Positions 49,560 through 62,485 of a stretch of DNA of 64,000 bases are shown piece by piece. Numbering within the stretch: position 1 is the first letter of the stretch; each line of letters begins with the position of its first letter. The notes beneath the pieces are model-generated. The model saw only the letters and a program-made list of their open reading frames with translations. It was not told the DNA's origin and searched no databases. Where the stretch lies: assembly GCA_043228905.1 (NCBI GenBank), contig JBHGNT010000005.1, positions 7,440,001 through 7,504,000 of the forward strand. Direction: 5' to 3'. The translations under genes were made by a program, and so were the position numbers. This DNA comes from Azolla caroliniana (taxonomy: Eukaryota > Plantae > Polypodiophyta).

Positions 49560-50300
49560 ATGCGTCCTTCATCCCTTTCCTCTTCTTTTTCTTCTCATCC
49601 ACAATGTTTACACGGCTTAATAATCTCTGCCTTACTGCTCATCATGATGAGCAATGGAGCCTCGACATTGCTCACTTTTGCACAGAGTATGGACAGATGC
49701 CCCACATCCGACATAACCTTTGACGGCCAGAACAGAGCATTCAGCAACTGCAGAAATCTAGCAACCCAATCTGCAAGAATCGCATGGAATCTTAATCTCA
49801 TCAATAAGTCCTCGCATGGAACCCTGGAGGTGTTTTTCGTGGGCACTGCCCCATCACCTTCGGGTTGGGTCGGCTGGGGTATAAACCCATCCGGTCTCAC
49901 CATGTCTGGCACCCAAGCTTTCATTGCATTCTCGGCACCCAATGGCTCGACTATCCTCACTTTCAATGTCTCAGGAGATGTGAAGTCGGGAATGGACCCA
50001 CTCCGATGCTCTCCTATCTCTCTTGATGTTGTCTCCATGGCCGTCCAAATCTCAGGTTCAGTTATCTCCACACTTGTAGTCCTTCAAATCGACCCCACAA
50101 TCAACACGAGCTCTGTTAACCTGGTTTGGAACCGAGGTGCCTCCGTGTCTAACTTCCAACCGGCAGCCCATGGCTTCTCAGCCGATGATTTGGCCTCGCT
50201 CACTGCCGTGGACCTTTTGATGTCTGCATCAGTGCCTCAAGTGACAACACATTCTCCGCATTCCCTTCTTAAGGATGTAAGTTGGCCCTATTAAGAGTAG

Positions 50301-50361
<61 letters not shown>

Positions 50362-51923
50362 ACTACTAGAAAAACGGGTAGGGTCTACCAATTGCTTGGT
50401 ATTGGACATATAAGATTTTGTCAATCCTGACAAGGATCACTATGTGCGACCCTTATGGCAACCGAAGTTATATTAAACACAGATGAATGTATTTCTGGAG
50501 GAGTATGTGTATACATAGAAATATGCATGTATGTGTTTATTGGGGTGTTCTTCGTGGTGAGGAAGCAAGTGCATGTCACTGGCGACCTATATTTATAGCT
50601 TTTCCACTGTGTTGCCAATGCTGCTGCTTGTTATCAGTATATGCATATCTACATATGGGGAGTTAGTTTAGGTTATGGTAGTCTGTAGACACATCAGCTT
50701 TTGACTGCCGTCAATTGGACAGTCTCTCTGAATGGCAATGATTTGGTCCTAGAATAGATTACGGTTTCTAGGATTTGGGGACATATGATTGAGGTTATAG
50801 AGACTTCAGCTGCTGGAAATCGTTTGGATGGCTACCATTCCAATATTGGGTTATCATTATTTCTGGAACTGATTTTTATCATGGTACCATGAGGGGCTGT
50901 TTCTTGTTTCTAGATGGTACATTTCTTGGCTATTTAGATATTAGTTATTTCTTGGATTATGCTTGTCTGTCTGTCTGTCCCCGACAACGGTGAATATGTA
51001 TGGATCTAAGCAAGAAGAGCATGTTAGTAGCTCCTATGTCTGTGTTACGTATTCTTGAATGCCCAGATATTCTAGTTTCTATGCATTAAGCACAAGACCA
51101 CTGCATTATACCACTAATTTCCATTTTCTATCTCTGTTATTACAGAATTTTAGAAATGTATAATTAGACAACATTTTTTCATTATGGGGACTTCAACCTG
51201 GATTGCTTGGGTTGATGTAGTCAATCAAAATGTAAATTGCTTCCATCGAGTTATTACAAAACATAGAAACTTTTTTATAGGTAGACCACTATTTCAATTG
51301 CTTCGGTGAAGGTTTGTCAAATCACTTACATTTTGGGGTTTTTTTATATGCAGAGACATGCAATTCTGAATACAATAGGATGGGGAATACTTCTACCGTT
51401 GGGTGTCATCGCTGCCAGATATCTCAAGCCATTCACTGACCCTGCATGGTTCTATGTGCATGTGTTGGTCCAATCAATAGGCTACATCGTTGGTGTTGCC
51501 GGATGGTCTACTGGGTTAGTGTTAGGCAATTATTCAGTTGGTGTTGTATATCGAAAGCACCGATTCATTGGGATTGCGTTATTTGCGATTTCAACCCTAC
51601 AAGTATGTGCTATCCTAGTTAGACCTGGTAAGGGCCACAAAATCCGAGTAGCATGGAACTATTATCACTACACCTTAGGGGTGTCTATACTCGTTTTGAG
51701 CATTCTCAATATTTTCTATGGGTTTGACATACTAGCACCAGCACCCAAATGGCGCTATGGTTATATTGGCATTCTTGGAGGTTTGGCTGGCCTCACATTG
51801 GTTTTTGAGCTTGTCAAATGGGTCCATTATGCCCAGGTGATTAAGGGGCTCAACCCTCCACAAGAACAGAAGTTGCGAGGTGCAATATTGGGTACTCCTA
51901 CTTCTCACAGAACTGGTGTTTAG
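49560..51923 (+). CDS. DOMON plus cytochrome b561 domain protein (CYBDOM/AIR12-like), 2 exons 49560-50276 and 51354-51923, ~428 aa
   Basis: Signal peptide; GWVGWGINP..MSGTQAFIA DOMON motif; HAILNTIGWGILLP, WFYVH, HRFIG, RP...HKIR..WNYYH heme histidines; GT/AG phase-0 intron. Confidence 0.93.
50305..50360. repeat. (TG)n microsatellite in intron
   Basis: Direct observation. Confidence 0.95.
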
Positions 51924-52129
51924 ATATATCTAATCACATGCTATATTATTTCATCAATGTTAAAATATCTTTAGCTTTGACCACATTTCGACACATGAAA
52001 TTGGTTTAGCTTTCAGCAAGAACATATGCTGAGATTGAATTACATATTATATTGAGATAGATCATATGCTCATTTAGTGCAAGTTAATGTATGTATGTAC
52101 ATTAAGAATTTAGCTGATTGATGTTTGTC

Positions 52130-52270
52130 CTGAATTATTTCATGTGGTTGGGGTGATTGATTATTGTGTTGAGTTATCTCATGTGAATCAGGGTGATTGA
52201 TTCTCGTGGTAAATTATCTCATGTGCGTCAGGTGATTCATTCTCATGGTGAATTATGTCACGTGATCCAT
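52130..52270. repeat. ~39-bp degenerate tandem repeat (3-4 copies) downstream of the CYBDOM gene
   Basis: GGTGATTGATT.T.GTG.T.A.TTATCTCATGTG units. Confidence 0.7.
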
Positions 52271-53093
52271 CCAGGAACATTCACACAATATACACTGAGT
52301 AGCGTGAAATCAGATTAGAACCATTAGTTTATCCAATCTAACTGTTAAATATATGACTCAAGCAAGACATTGTTGTTTCTATATAGGGATTAACGCTTAA
52401 TATTGGTATAATGTCATTGTGGTAAAATTGGATGAGTCTTTTGATGTTTGAAACATGGTTTGCCTAAAATTCGTTCATCTAACGCAGAAAGTAATCCATG
52501 CAAAATAAAAGATTATATTCAGTGATGGAAAATTTATATAATTCAGTATATATACCATTTAAATGCACATAATATTCAATAACCAGGTTTAAATGCGGAA
52601 GTGGATGTTGTCTATAATGGAAACGACGATGTTTGTGTGCATATGTTGCTAACTGACCATAGATGGTATGACAAAATGTAAGAAGCTAACTCAGACCATG
52701 ATTGCGTGCATTGTTTTATATCCAAACAGCTGAATATTGAATTCCAATGAGGGCAACTCAATATACAGTCCAGGTTATACACCATTCAAATGTAGACAAA
52801 GATAAATAACTAGACACAGGCATGTAACTAGGTAAGCTAGTTCCAACTGTGGATCACTTAATATCAATTCATGTAAATAATAAAAACAATCCATTCTCAT
52901 ATCACATGTATTGAAATATCAAATCCATTTATGGTGCATTTATACAATTCAGGTTTATACCCTTCAAATATATATGATGTTAAATGACTAGACACAATGT
53001 AAGTAGCAAGTGTACATACCATGCTTGTTACATTTATAATCTATTACAGTATACGAGGTTTGATACATCAATGATCAATTGGTGTATAGAAAG

Positions 53094-56000
53094 TTATATA
53101 ACCATATGAGAATCTATCAAGTATGGTACAACGTATGTGAGCATGCCTGCCTCGGTTATATGAAGATGGCCACCTGGCAAAGAGATCCAATCCACTTTCC
53201 CAGCTTCATCCAGAGCACGTAAACCAATCCAGTCATCGGTATATAGGGCAGTCTATATGATAAGAATACATATGCATCACATTGTCAGATAGCATATATC
53301 ATCCACTTTTCTAAATGGAACATTAGAAAAACTTTCTGGTTATATGCATATACCTCGTTTGCAGGTAAAATAATCTTGTGGTTTTCTGGTGAGTAATAGC
53401 TAAACCAAGCAGTCTCAGGTGGAATCAAGACTTTGTCGTTCTCAAACTGATCATCACAACATTTCTTAGAAATTTCTGCCCATAGGTCGAACTAATCATT
53501 CACTTTCACTCAAAAACTTACCATGATTAATGTAAGGTGATTTAAGCTACTGAAGCGTTCCTTGAATGTGATATTTTGCTTCCCTTGAAGCTCATTGTTA
53601 AGCTTTGGAAGAAACTTGCATCCCTTGGAGTAAGCATCTAGATCCTAATAACAATACCCAGTTATGTTATATTTTGTCTCAAAGAAGAAAATCCGGACAC
53701 GAGAAAAGATGTGGATTTGAGTACCGTCGGGATCTTGACATATCCAGCAGGCCCAAGATGTTCCTGAAATCAGAAATAGTTTAGCAAAGTCCAAGGAACA
53801 AATGTCAGTGCAACATTAAACATAAGGATTGTAATCATCAAATTAAAATAAAAAACATATGAACTCGTAAACTGTAGATGTGGTAATTTTATATGAAGGG
53901 GAACTATCCAAAAACAAACAGAATAACAAAATGTTCAAATATGTTAAAGAATTGGAACACGTTTCTGTGGAAGAGTGAATGGGAAAAAAAATTGACAAAT
54001 GTGAACGGTATAGTTATCCTTAAAGTTAGATCAGAGACACAAAAATTGGTCAAGAAAATTTGTTAGAGAGAATGGATAAATAACAACAGTAAATCAAAGC
54101 CATTGACGGCGGTTTTCCCATAGAGTGAATACTTACTAACTCCTAAAGACCATCATATGATCATATACCATGGCCAAAATATTCAGCTCAATAATTGCAC
54201 AAAAGAGCTATTGTCCAGATAACAACTATCATTAAACCCTAACACTATAAATGTGGTCGTTTCAAATTTCGTAAATTGGTATAATAATGAATATCTCTGA
54301 AAGAGAAAAAGTTATATTATCATCCTCTGGATGCTAAACCAAGCTACAGCAGAACTGATGCTCTCTATTACATCACTTGGAATGCAAACCGCAGAAAATG
54401 AAACCAAATGCAATCATGATATCTGAAAAAAACATACTTGCACACACATACAAATATGACAGAAATCATACCTGCACATAAGAACTGTAAACACCCAGCT
54501 CGATAATTCGGTCCGCAAATTCACAGATGACCCCGTTCTGCATATGCATCAACCATGCTCAAATGTGAATTTTGTGAATAGAATATCTGGTAGGTATATC
54601 AAGATTTGTTTTCACAATTTTTGAAGGAGAAACTATTTTTTCTTTTTATTACATAACCACCTTTTCAATATAGCAAGAAGTTTAAACCAAGATGTGTAAG
54701 ATGGACTCCCTTTATATCAACACATTAAAGCTTATAATTAATACAAGAAAAGTATGTTACCCCGCACATAGGAACAGATGCCGTTCCTGCATGAGGTCCA
54801 CCAATGGAGATCATATTGTTCACCTGAATTTAGCAGTAATCATTATTAGATCTGTGGGTCATGTCTTCTTCCATATGCGAAATTAATCACTATAATACAT
54901 AAAGTAAAAGGCAAGGTTCAATGCTCTCTACCATAGCCTTTGAAGGGCAGACCTTTTGGGCAAAAAACAAATGTAATTGAGTCATAGAGTACATTTAGAA
55001 ATTCATTCCATCTTCAATAAATTTTCATTTAACAAATTGAGGAAAAGGAGGTCACAATACTATCTAGATATATTAACCTTCTGCTGCAAGTACGTGCATT
55101 GAGGGAGGCCTCATGCATGCATAAACTAAGAGGTCACATTCTAATTCATGGCAATGTCCTTCACATAACAAACATTGACTCTAATTTGTGAAACCCAACA
55201 TCTGCACTGATTAATCCTGAACAAGAGAACCTTAAGTTCTTTCAGGAAGGTACATGGCATCAGTGAGGATTCCATGGAACAATACGGAAATAACTATCTA
55301 TGTTTCAAGGTAAAGACTAATGAAGCATGGTTTCATATAGCTTCAGCATGCTATCAAATATTCTAAGAGCCCTATATTCATGATAGAGTTCCAACAACGT
55401 CAAACTCATCTTGTTAGATATAATTCCCATAAAATATATATACCTGCAAACTTAGACAAACTATGAATTACCAACACGCCAATCAAGACACTTACTAGAG
55501 GTCCACCATCACACCATTCGATCAAGCCACGGCCTATTACATTACCCTGAATAATACATAAGAATGACAGGAAGCCAAAATTTATCCATACTTATTCATT
55601 ATAAATAAATTGTGGGACCAAAAATGAAGGCATTTATTTTACTGACCTGGGAGAGACCAACAAGGTTATACCCAGACTGAAGTTGTGGCAAAGACTTAAC
55701 CTATAAAGATATCAGAAAATACAAGGATAAGCACTGTAGATCTGGTATGATTATGTGGCATCGAAAATATAAAAAGAGGGATAAAAAGATAGTTACCGTC
55801 TCGCACACAGATTCTACCTGTATAAGATAGCAACATCAAAATAGTTTGTTAAACAAATAGCACTGGAAATGATGATAAAGGAAGCTGTAACTTATCCACT
55901 TGAAATGCAGCGGCACTCACTTGCTTTGTCATAGACATAAACCAAGAGTCTAAGGCCCCATCTCCAATTTCACTGTTTTTTGAAAAAATAATTATTTCTA

Positions 56001-56841
56001 AAAATGTTGGCAAAGTGACATCTCTTCCGATAAAAAGTAGAGAAAATAAAACTCACATGCAAACGCCTTCTTGACTTGAATGATTGCTTAGAAATTGTGT
56101 GAACCATGAAATTCCTCCATTTTTGCATTGATCACCAACACCTATGACCATGAAATAGATTGCAATATAATGGTGAAGATTTCTGTGGTCTATGTCCACA
56201 CCATAATCATCCAAACCATGAATGTCAAAAGATCACCCAATAGCTAATGGACATACTCTATACCCTATTTGATTCCTAATAACATAGTTATGTGTATTCT
56301 CATAAGCGGACTAGTATACCCTAAGAGCTACGTTTATGTACTCATAAATGGTTTATTAGCTCTGAAATACGTTAGGATGGGGGTGGATTTGAATATATGG
56401 ATACTCCCAATTGATCTCAAGATGTATAGATTCATGATTACATAAATCGAGTATTCACTGAATAGAACTAGACCTATTCCACATCATTGATGTCAGCCTA
56501 ATTAACACAAAAATCCAAAAACAAAACCATTCACTCACACAAAAGGGCCTTAAATTCTAAACAAAACCCCTAAAAACTCCATTTTCTCTGAGCTATCAAA
56601 TTTAAATCTTGAGCTTGACATACAGATTCCGCATTCAAAGGAAAACTCTTTAAGAGAGACGTGAGTGCTCTACACACAAACCCTAACACGCAGAAAGAAG
56701 AAGAAGAATCCTACCATGGAGAACCACGAATGGCAAAGATTGAGATAGCGGCAAGAAACTGATTGTAAGGGCGATCGATATAATCGCGGCATAAAACTTC
56801 TTCTTCTCCATATCTTCTTCCTCTCGAATCGCCATAGCCAT
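53094..56841 (-). CDS. Palmitoyl-protein thioesterase family protein (PPT1-like), 12 exons, ~310 aa
   Basis: Exons 56841-56715, 56141-56057, 55972-55921, 55817-55797, 55700-55647, 55546-55496, 54823-54761, 54537-54472, 53763-53725, 53644-53522, 53446-53354, 53252-53094; all GT-AG and in frame. Motifs PFVVLHGVGDQC, GLSQG nucleophile, SIGGPHAG, FENDKVLIP, DWIGLRALD, GGHL. Confidence 0.93.
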
Positions 56842-56944
56842 AGACGCGACTGAGCTTTTGGTTTTGAGTGCTTCTCCCCGGCAGTCAAATCCCGTAACCC
56901 AATGAATCAGCCTCAAAAGGCGCTCGGATTTCTACAAAACAAAA

Positions 56945-57136
56945 GTGTGTGTATGTATCTATGTATGTATGTATGTATATATATGTATGTATGTATCAGT
57001 ATGTATGTATGTATGTATGTATGTATGTATGTATGTATGTATGTATGTGTGTATGTATGTATGTGTATGTATGTATGTATGTATGTATGTATGTATGTAT
57101 GTATGTATGTATGTATATGTATGTATGTATGTATGT
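56945..57136. repeat. (TATG)n microsatellite upstream of the thioesterase gene
   Basis: About 190 bp of GTAT/GTGT units. Confidence 0.95.
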
Positions 57137-59702
57137 AGTTATTTGGACTCCCTTTGGCTTAGTGGGTATCTTCAAAGGCCCCACACACACTTCTTCAATC
57201 TACTCTTATCTTATTTATCTCTAGTTGCAGTAGAAAAACGCCCATTCGATTCATAATTTTATGATGCCTCCCCGCCTCCGTTTATGTGAGAAATAGCTTG
57301 TCTCATTCCAGTTCTCGTCGGTTGGTTCGAAACCGAAAGATGCTGGCTCTACACATGGTCTAAACATCGTTGGATCGGTAACTTTGCTTGACCATGTCAT
57401 CCATGTCCTCTGATTTGTCCTAAATATGTTTAGTGCTGACTTATACGTGAGCGTGGAACAACTTGTCCGGTCTAGTTACTAGTTCACCTCTTTTGCCCTA
57501 GACAACGAATCTAGACTAACATTTCACGTAGACATTGTTTGTTGCCCACAAGGAAAACATTTGTTTTCCCTTGTTGAGTGAGGATTAAGCAAAATGGCAA
57601 ATTTCAATCCACGTCAAAACGGTAAACATACGTGATGATACATCTTCTCTTCTTTTGAGATGTCAAAATCTTTCTTAATTTTTCGCAAACATGAATTTAG
57701 AGACGTCAATAATATCTCTCTATTTCAACTTCTACATATTACATGATTGTGAATCGTGATTGCATGCCAAATTTCTTCACCTCTTGGTTGGGTGACAATA
57801 AAAATGGAGTTTTAAATTAAAATGCCCACAAGCCCGTGGATCCCATACCTTTGCTACTTCTCAAGACCACTTCAAATTGGACATCCTTGTACCGACTATA
57901 GGGGGGTTTCCCCTCCATATATTTCCTTTCTTTTATGAATTTATGAATCAAATCTTTTTTATTAGAAAAGTAAACATGGCAAATGGCTTCTCGTCTACTA
58001 CATGTATCTAGGTCGTTCCAAAACATCTTGATCCATTAATTAGTGTATTTTGTGCACCTTCAAGGTACAAAAAACTTCTTGATTCATTGGTTAGTGCCTT
58101 CCACGCACCTTTGTAAGATATGGTTACATCATTGTGTTATTTGTTTGATACGTAATATATCCCTATCCAAAAGCATGCATGAAGTATGACTTTGGATAGT
58201 CTCAAAGGTGTGCAAACAACTTGTATGTTATCGTTAGATTATGAAATTGTTGCAAGAGGAATGCATAGGATTTCTATAGAGAAGGCAATAACATGCAACA
58301 CACAATGTATGAACGACATTGCCTCCTTTTTGAAATACAACACTGATTCAATAGAATTGTCAGAAAAAACTATTAAGAATATGTTATAAGCATAAACCAA
58401 AACTACAAATACGATCAATGAACTAAATCCTCAAAAAAAAAGAAACATTGATAATGTTCTTACACTCATGCTTGAGAAGTGTCGTGTAATGAAGAATAAC
58501 TTGCACACACTTTTTAAATGCTTGCATAAGGGGGTAGGGAAAATAAGAGACCTAAAGTTCAATGTATACATTGCTTCTTGTTTCTCAAAACATGTTGCAA
58601 ATGCGTGCAAAAGAGAGAAAGGGTGAGACAAAGGGCACTGGTAAAAGGGAATCCTACAATCTAATGTAGACATTTCTCATTGGTTTCTTAGAACATCATG
58701 CAAATGCTTCTGAAGAAAGGTCAAGGTGAACATGCGAATGCCTTGATAAGGCTACATCATGTGCATGAGAGACATGACAACGAACTCCAAGCGGGCAGCG
58801 ATAGCTATAGAACGTATTTATATAACGATAAAATGTGAGACGAATTAACCTCGGCAGGGCGACAGAGAGCGTTCACATGATAGATAACGATGTGAGAGGA
58901 GACGATCCGCGTGAAGTGTGGCCTGCATATGGAAGACATCAATAGAGAAGGATGGATATATTTTAATTGGGAAATTATGTGTGAAAGGATAGGGAGAAGT
59001 GGGTGGGTGGGAGGGAGGGATGTCATGGTCATGGGACAAAGAAGGTAGTTGAAAAAAGATGTGACGGTTGGTCTACACACACATACTCTTACTCTTCTTA
59101 CTCTTACTCTGTTCCTCCTGTATCTATGCTTTTGCTTTTGCTTATATGCTTAGCAAAAACCTCTTTTCCTCCCCCTCGCTCTCTCACCTGATGACTCTCT
59201 ACCAAACACTATATATTTATTTCATCTCACACCTCCATTTAAAACAGCCATGGCACCAAACAGTTATACACATACATATATCTATATAAACCCACCCAAG
59301 AGAAGAAAGGTAGTAAGTAGTCTTTCTCTCAAAGAAATCGGAGGTGGAGGCCTTTATACAAAGGGGGTGAAAAGAACAGGTTCATATGAAAGATCAACAA
59401 CAATCAGGCAGTGTAACCCCAACACTGACATTCACCTTAACCTTAACCCTAACCCTAGTCTTAACTCCTAATCCTAACCGAAGTAGGAGGTCAACAAGGT
59501 CATTATTACAACCACACCATAAAGAGGTAGCACATGATTAATATGATCCTGCCACCATCAAACTCTGAGATTTCTCGTTGATCTCCGACCACGTGTGAGC
59601 TTAAGAACCATTGTATGCAATAGTAGCCATACGATTCTGTGCCCAAAATTTCATCCTTTTATCCTCACCTTCCATTCCAAAAAAGTGGGCAACAACGATA
59701 AT

Positions 59703-61731
59703 ATGGCGAAATGGCTCAAGGATCTTGGCCACACATATGGAGCGTCTTTGATGTTATTGGTGGGATTTGGATACTTGATCCAAGGTTTTAGATGTTTTCC
59801 ATGGTTTGCTATAATTTTTTACATGAAAGATGTGCTTTCGGTTGATCCTGGGACACTTCAGATTGTACAAAACACAGTCAATTTGCCAATGGTGGCAAAA
59901 CCGATATATGGAATTATCTCTGACTCAGTTTACATTAGAGGAGCTCATAGGGTACCATATCTTTTAATTGGAGGTAATGTTTTTTTATAGTAGGGCTCCT
60001 TGTTTTGCATACAAATAGATAAAACTTATTTGTTGGCTTAGTATATGATGATATTAGTGTGCTTGTTTATCAGGTATAAAATAGCCATTTTAAGGGCTTC
60101 ATAGAAAATCTCATGACATTTTTCGCACTATGATTCCCACATTATGGATTAGAACCTGGCATTAGGAGCTTCTATGAGCAATGTTGAGCATATTTAGTGA
60201 ACTGGATCTCGTTAGATATGCTTCTCTGAGCCTGTAGATGAATAATAAACTATGTAAGGAGGTTACGATGCAATGTTTACAGTAAACAACTCGGAAGAGT
60301 TTACTAGCATAGGGTTCCAAGTGATAACTGTTGCTGATTGTTCAATCATTAGGTTGACTCAAAACTGAGGGTTACTCTTTTCTAGTGAATGGTATGCTAT
60401 ATCACTCTCTTCTTAGTGGTGAATCAGATGTACATTTTGGGTGGGCTTACATGGGAATATTTCTAAAGCTTATTGTGTTTTTGGTGTTCCTAGGCATCCT
60501 ACAAACACTGTCGTGGGTAACCATTGCCTTCATGCCAAAGGGGGGCTCTTCAATCATTACAATCGCTGCCCTTCTTGCATTAAGCAATTTGGGAGCCTCT
60601 GTGGTTGATGTTGCCAATGATGCCCTTGTTGCTGAATGTGGAAAGAAGAAATCTACGGGCGAATTGCAGTCTTTTGCATGGTTCTCTGTGGCTGTGGGAG
60701 GCATTTTTGGCAATTTGGCAGCCTTATTTGCACTGAGCAAGCTAGAATTCAGGATTATATTTGGCATATTTGGGGTGCTTCTTGTATGCCAAGTTTGTAA
60801 ATCAATGAGAGTCAATGAGGAGACTTTGGGGCTCAATCAAATGCCAATCCATATTCCCAGTGTAATTATCAGGGATGTTGAAAAGTGTGATGAAGTCATG
60901 TCCGAATTTTCACTTCTGTATGGCAAGAAAATGTACTCTAATTCTGATGCATTTCCAAATACCCTCACACATGAATTATCTGAGGATGCGCAGAAGCATC
61001 CCAATTATGATGCAGTCAAATCTCAAGAACCTGCACTAAAAGGAGCTGAAATGAAGCAACAATTGGCAAAACTTATTTATCTAGTAAAGCAGCCAGATAT
61101 ACTATATGCTATGTCATGGTATATGGCCTCATATGCCATGATACCAACCTTATCGAGCACTATGTTCTTTTTCCAAACACAACATTTGAGGGTTGATCCG
61201 TCAGTAGTAGGGCTATCAAAAGTGATAGGTCAAATAGGCTTAATGGGTGGGAGTTTGGTGTATAGCCACTACTCGAGGGCAGGCATGGTGCCACTCCGAA
61301 AAATATTATCATCTATACAAGTAATGTTGTGCTTGTTTACAATCTCTGACATCATTTTAGTAAAGAGAATGAATGTGGCAATGGGCATCCCAGATGCAGC
61401 CTTTGTTATAATGGGAGCTTCCGCGTTTGTGGATGCCATAAACCAGTTTAAAGTGTTGCCCTTCATTGTATTTGTAGCAAGATTATGTCCAGCTGGACAT
61501 GAGGCCTCACTTTTGGCTGCTTTTATGTCCATGCAATGCCTGGCCACCATCATCAGTGGTTACATGGGTGTCACACTAGCCTCTATGCTCCATATCTCAT
61601 CTGGTGATTTCTCCGAGCTTCCAATTGCCATCTTTATCCAGTCCATTGCTACATTGGTTCCTCTTTTCTGGATTTCACTTATTCCTGATGGGGGCTCCAA
61701 TTTGCAACAGAGAGATGGTAAGAAAACATAA
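59703..61731 (+). CDS. Folate-biopterin transporter (BT1/MFS family), 2 exons 59703-59973 and 60494-61731, ~502 aa; start may lie further upstream
   Basis: QGFRCFPW, LPMVAKPIYGIISD, HRVPYL, DVANDALVAE, LCPAGHEASL motifs; multiple TM helices; GT/AG phase-1 intron. Confidence 0.92.
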
Positions 61732-62485
61732 CTACAACAGAGGGATGGTAACAAATATAACCTTGATCGAATTTTGAGGTGTGTAGATACTGATAGGTAA
61801 TCAATAAACCTCTGTATGTGAGTATTTTCAACCACCACCAAAAGGTTTCAGCAAGCACTAGCTCCATAATCTGTTTACATTTCCCATTGCAACCTAATTC
61901 TTCTTTCCCAAGGAGTTTTCAAATCTAGCCCTCTCTTTATCACCATGACATAATTCAAGGTTACAATTCCACAACTCTCCACCCGCTCAAGGCGAACATC
62001 TAGAACTGGAGGAAAATTTTGTCGGAAATTTTGTAGATTCATTGAACATAATCCATCAATGATATCCACATTTGCTATATCCATTTATAAGATCAACTAC
62101 GCATTGACATTTGCTCTTAGGTCCAACTTTCAAAAAACATTAGCTTCTTTTACAAGTTCAAACAGATTGTTTTATTATATAGTGAGGACAACACGGTATA
62201 CACTTTCTTAGCCTTCTCATCTAATGATTCCTTTCCATTGTCATGAGAATGCTTGACAGCATAATGCTCTTCCAGAAGAGTGGAATCCTTTCAAAAGAGT
62301 CTCGTTTAGTCAAAAACCATGGGCATGCGTGCACATACGACCGTATATTTGTATGATCTCTACATAATCTTTGCAGTCCTTGTACATACTACCAATTGAA
62401 GGATCATCTCTCCTCTTTGATTGATTTATCATAGTTAATCATCAGGTTCAAAAATATCCATGCAAAGTTGTATCCATGTGTCCAC

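Noticed and set aside
56902-57256. ORFs with MYVC repeats
   Set aside because: Translation of the (TATG)n microsatellite.
59250-59480. Short ORF with PKRRKV and degenerate CCCTAA telomere-like repeats
   Set aside because: Short, low complexity and no splice link to BT1 found; too few repeats for an interstitial telomere.
61704-61760. ~30-bp duplicate of the BT1 stop region
   Set aside because: Small local tandem duplication with no evident functional consequence.
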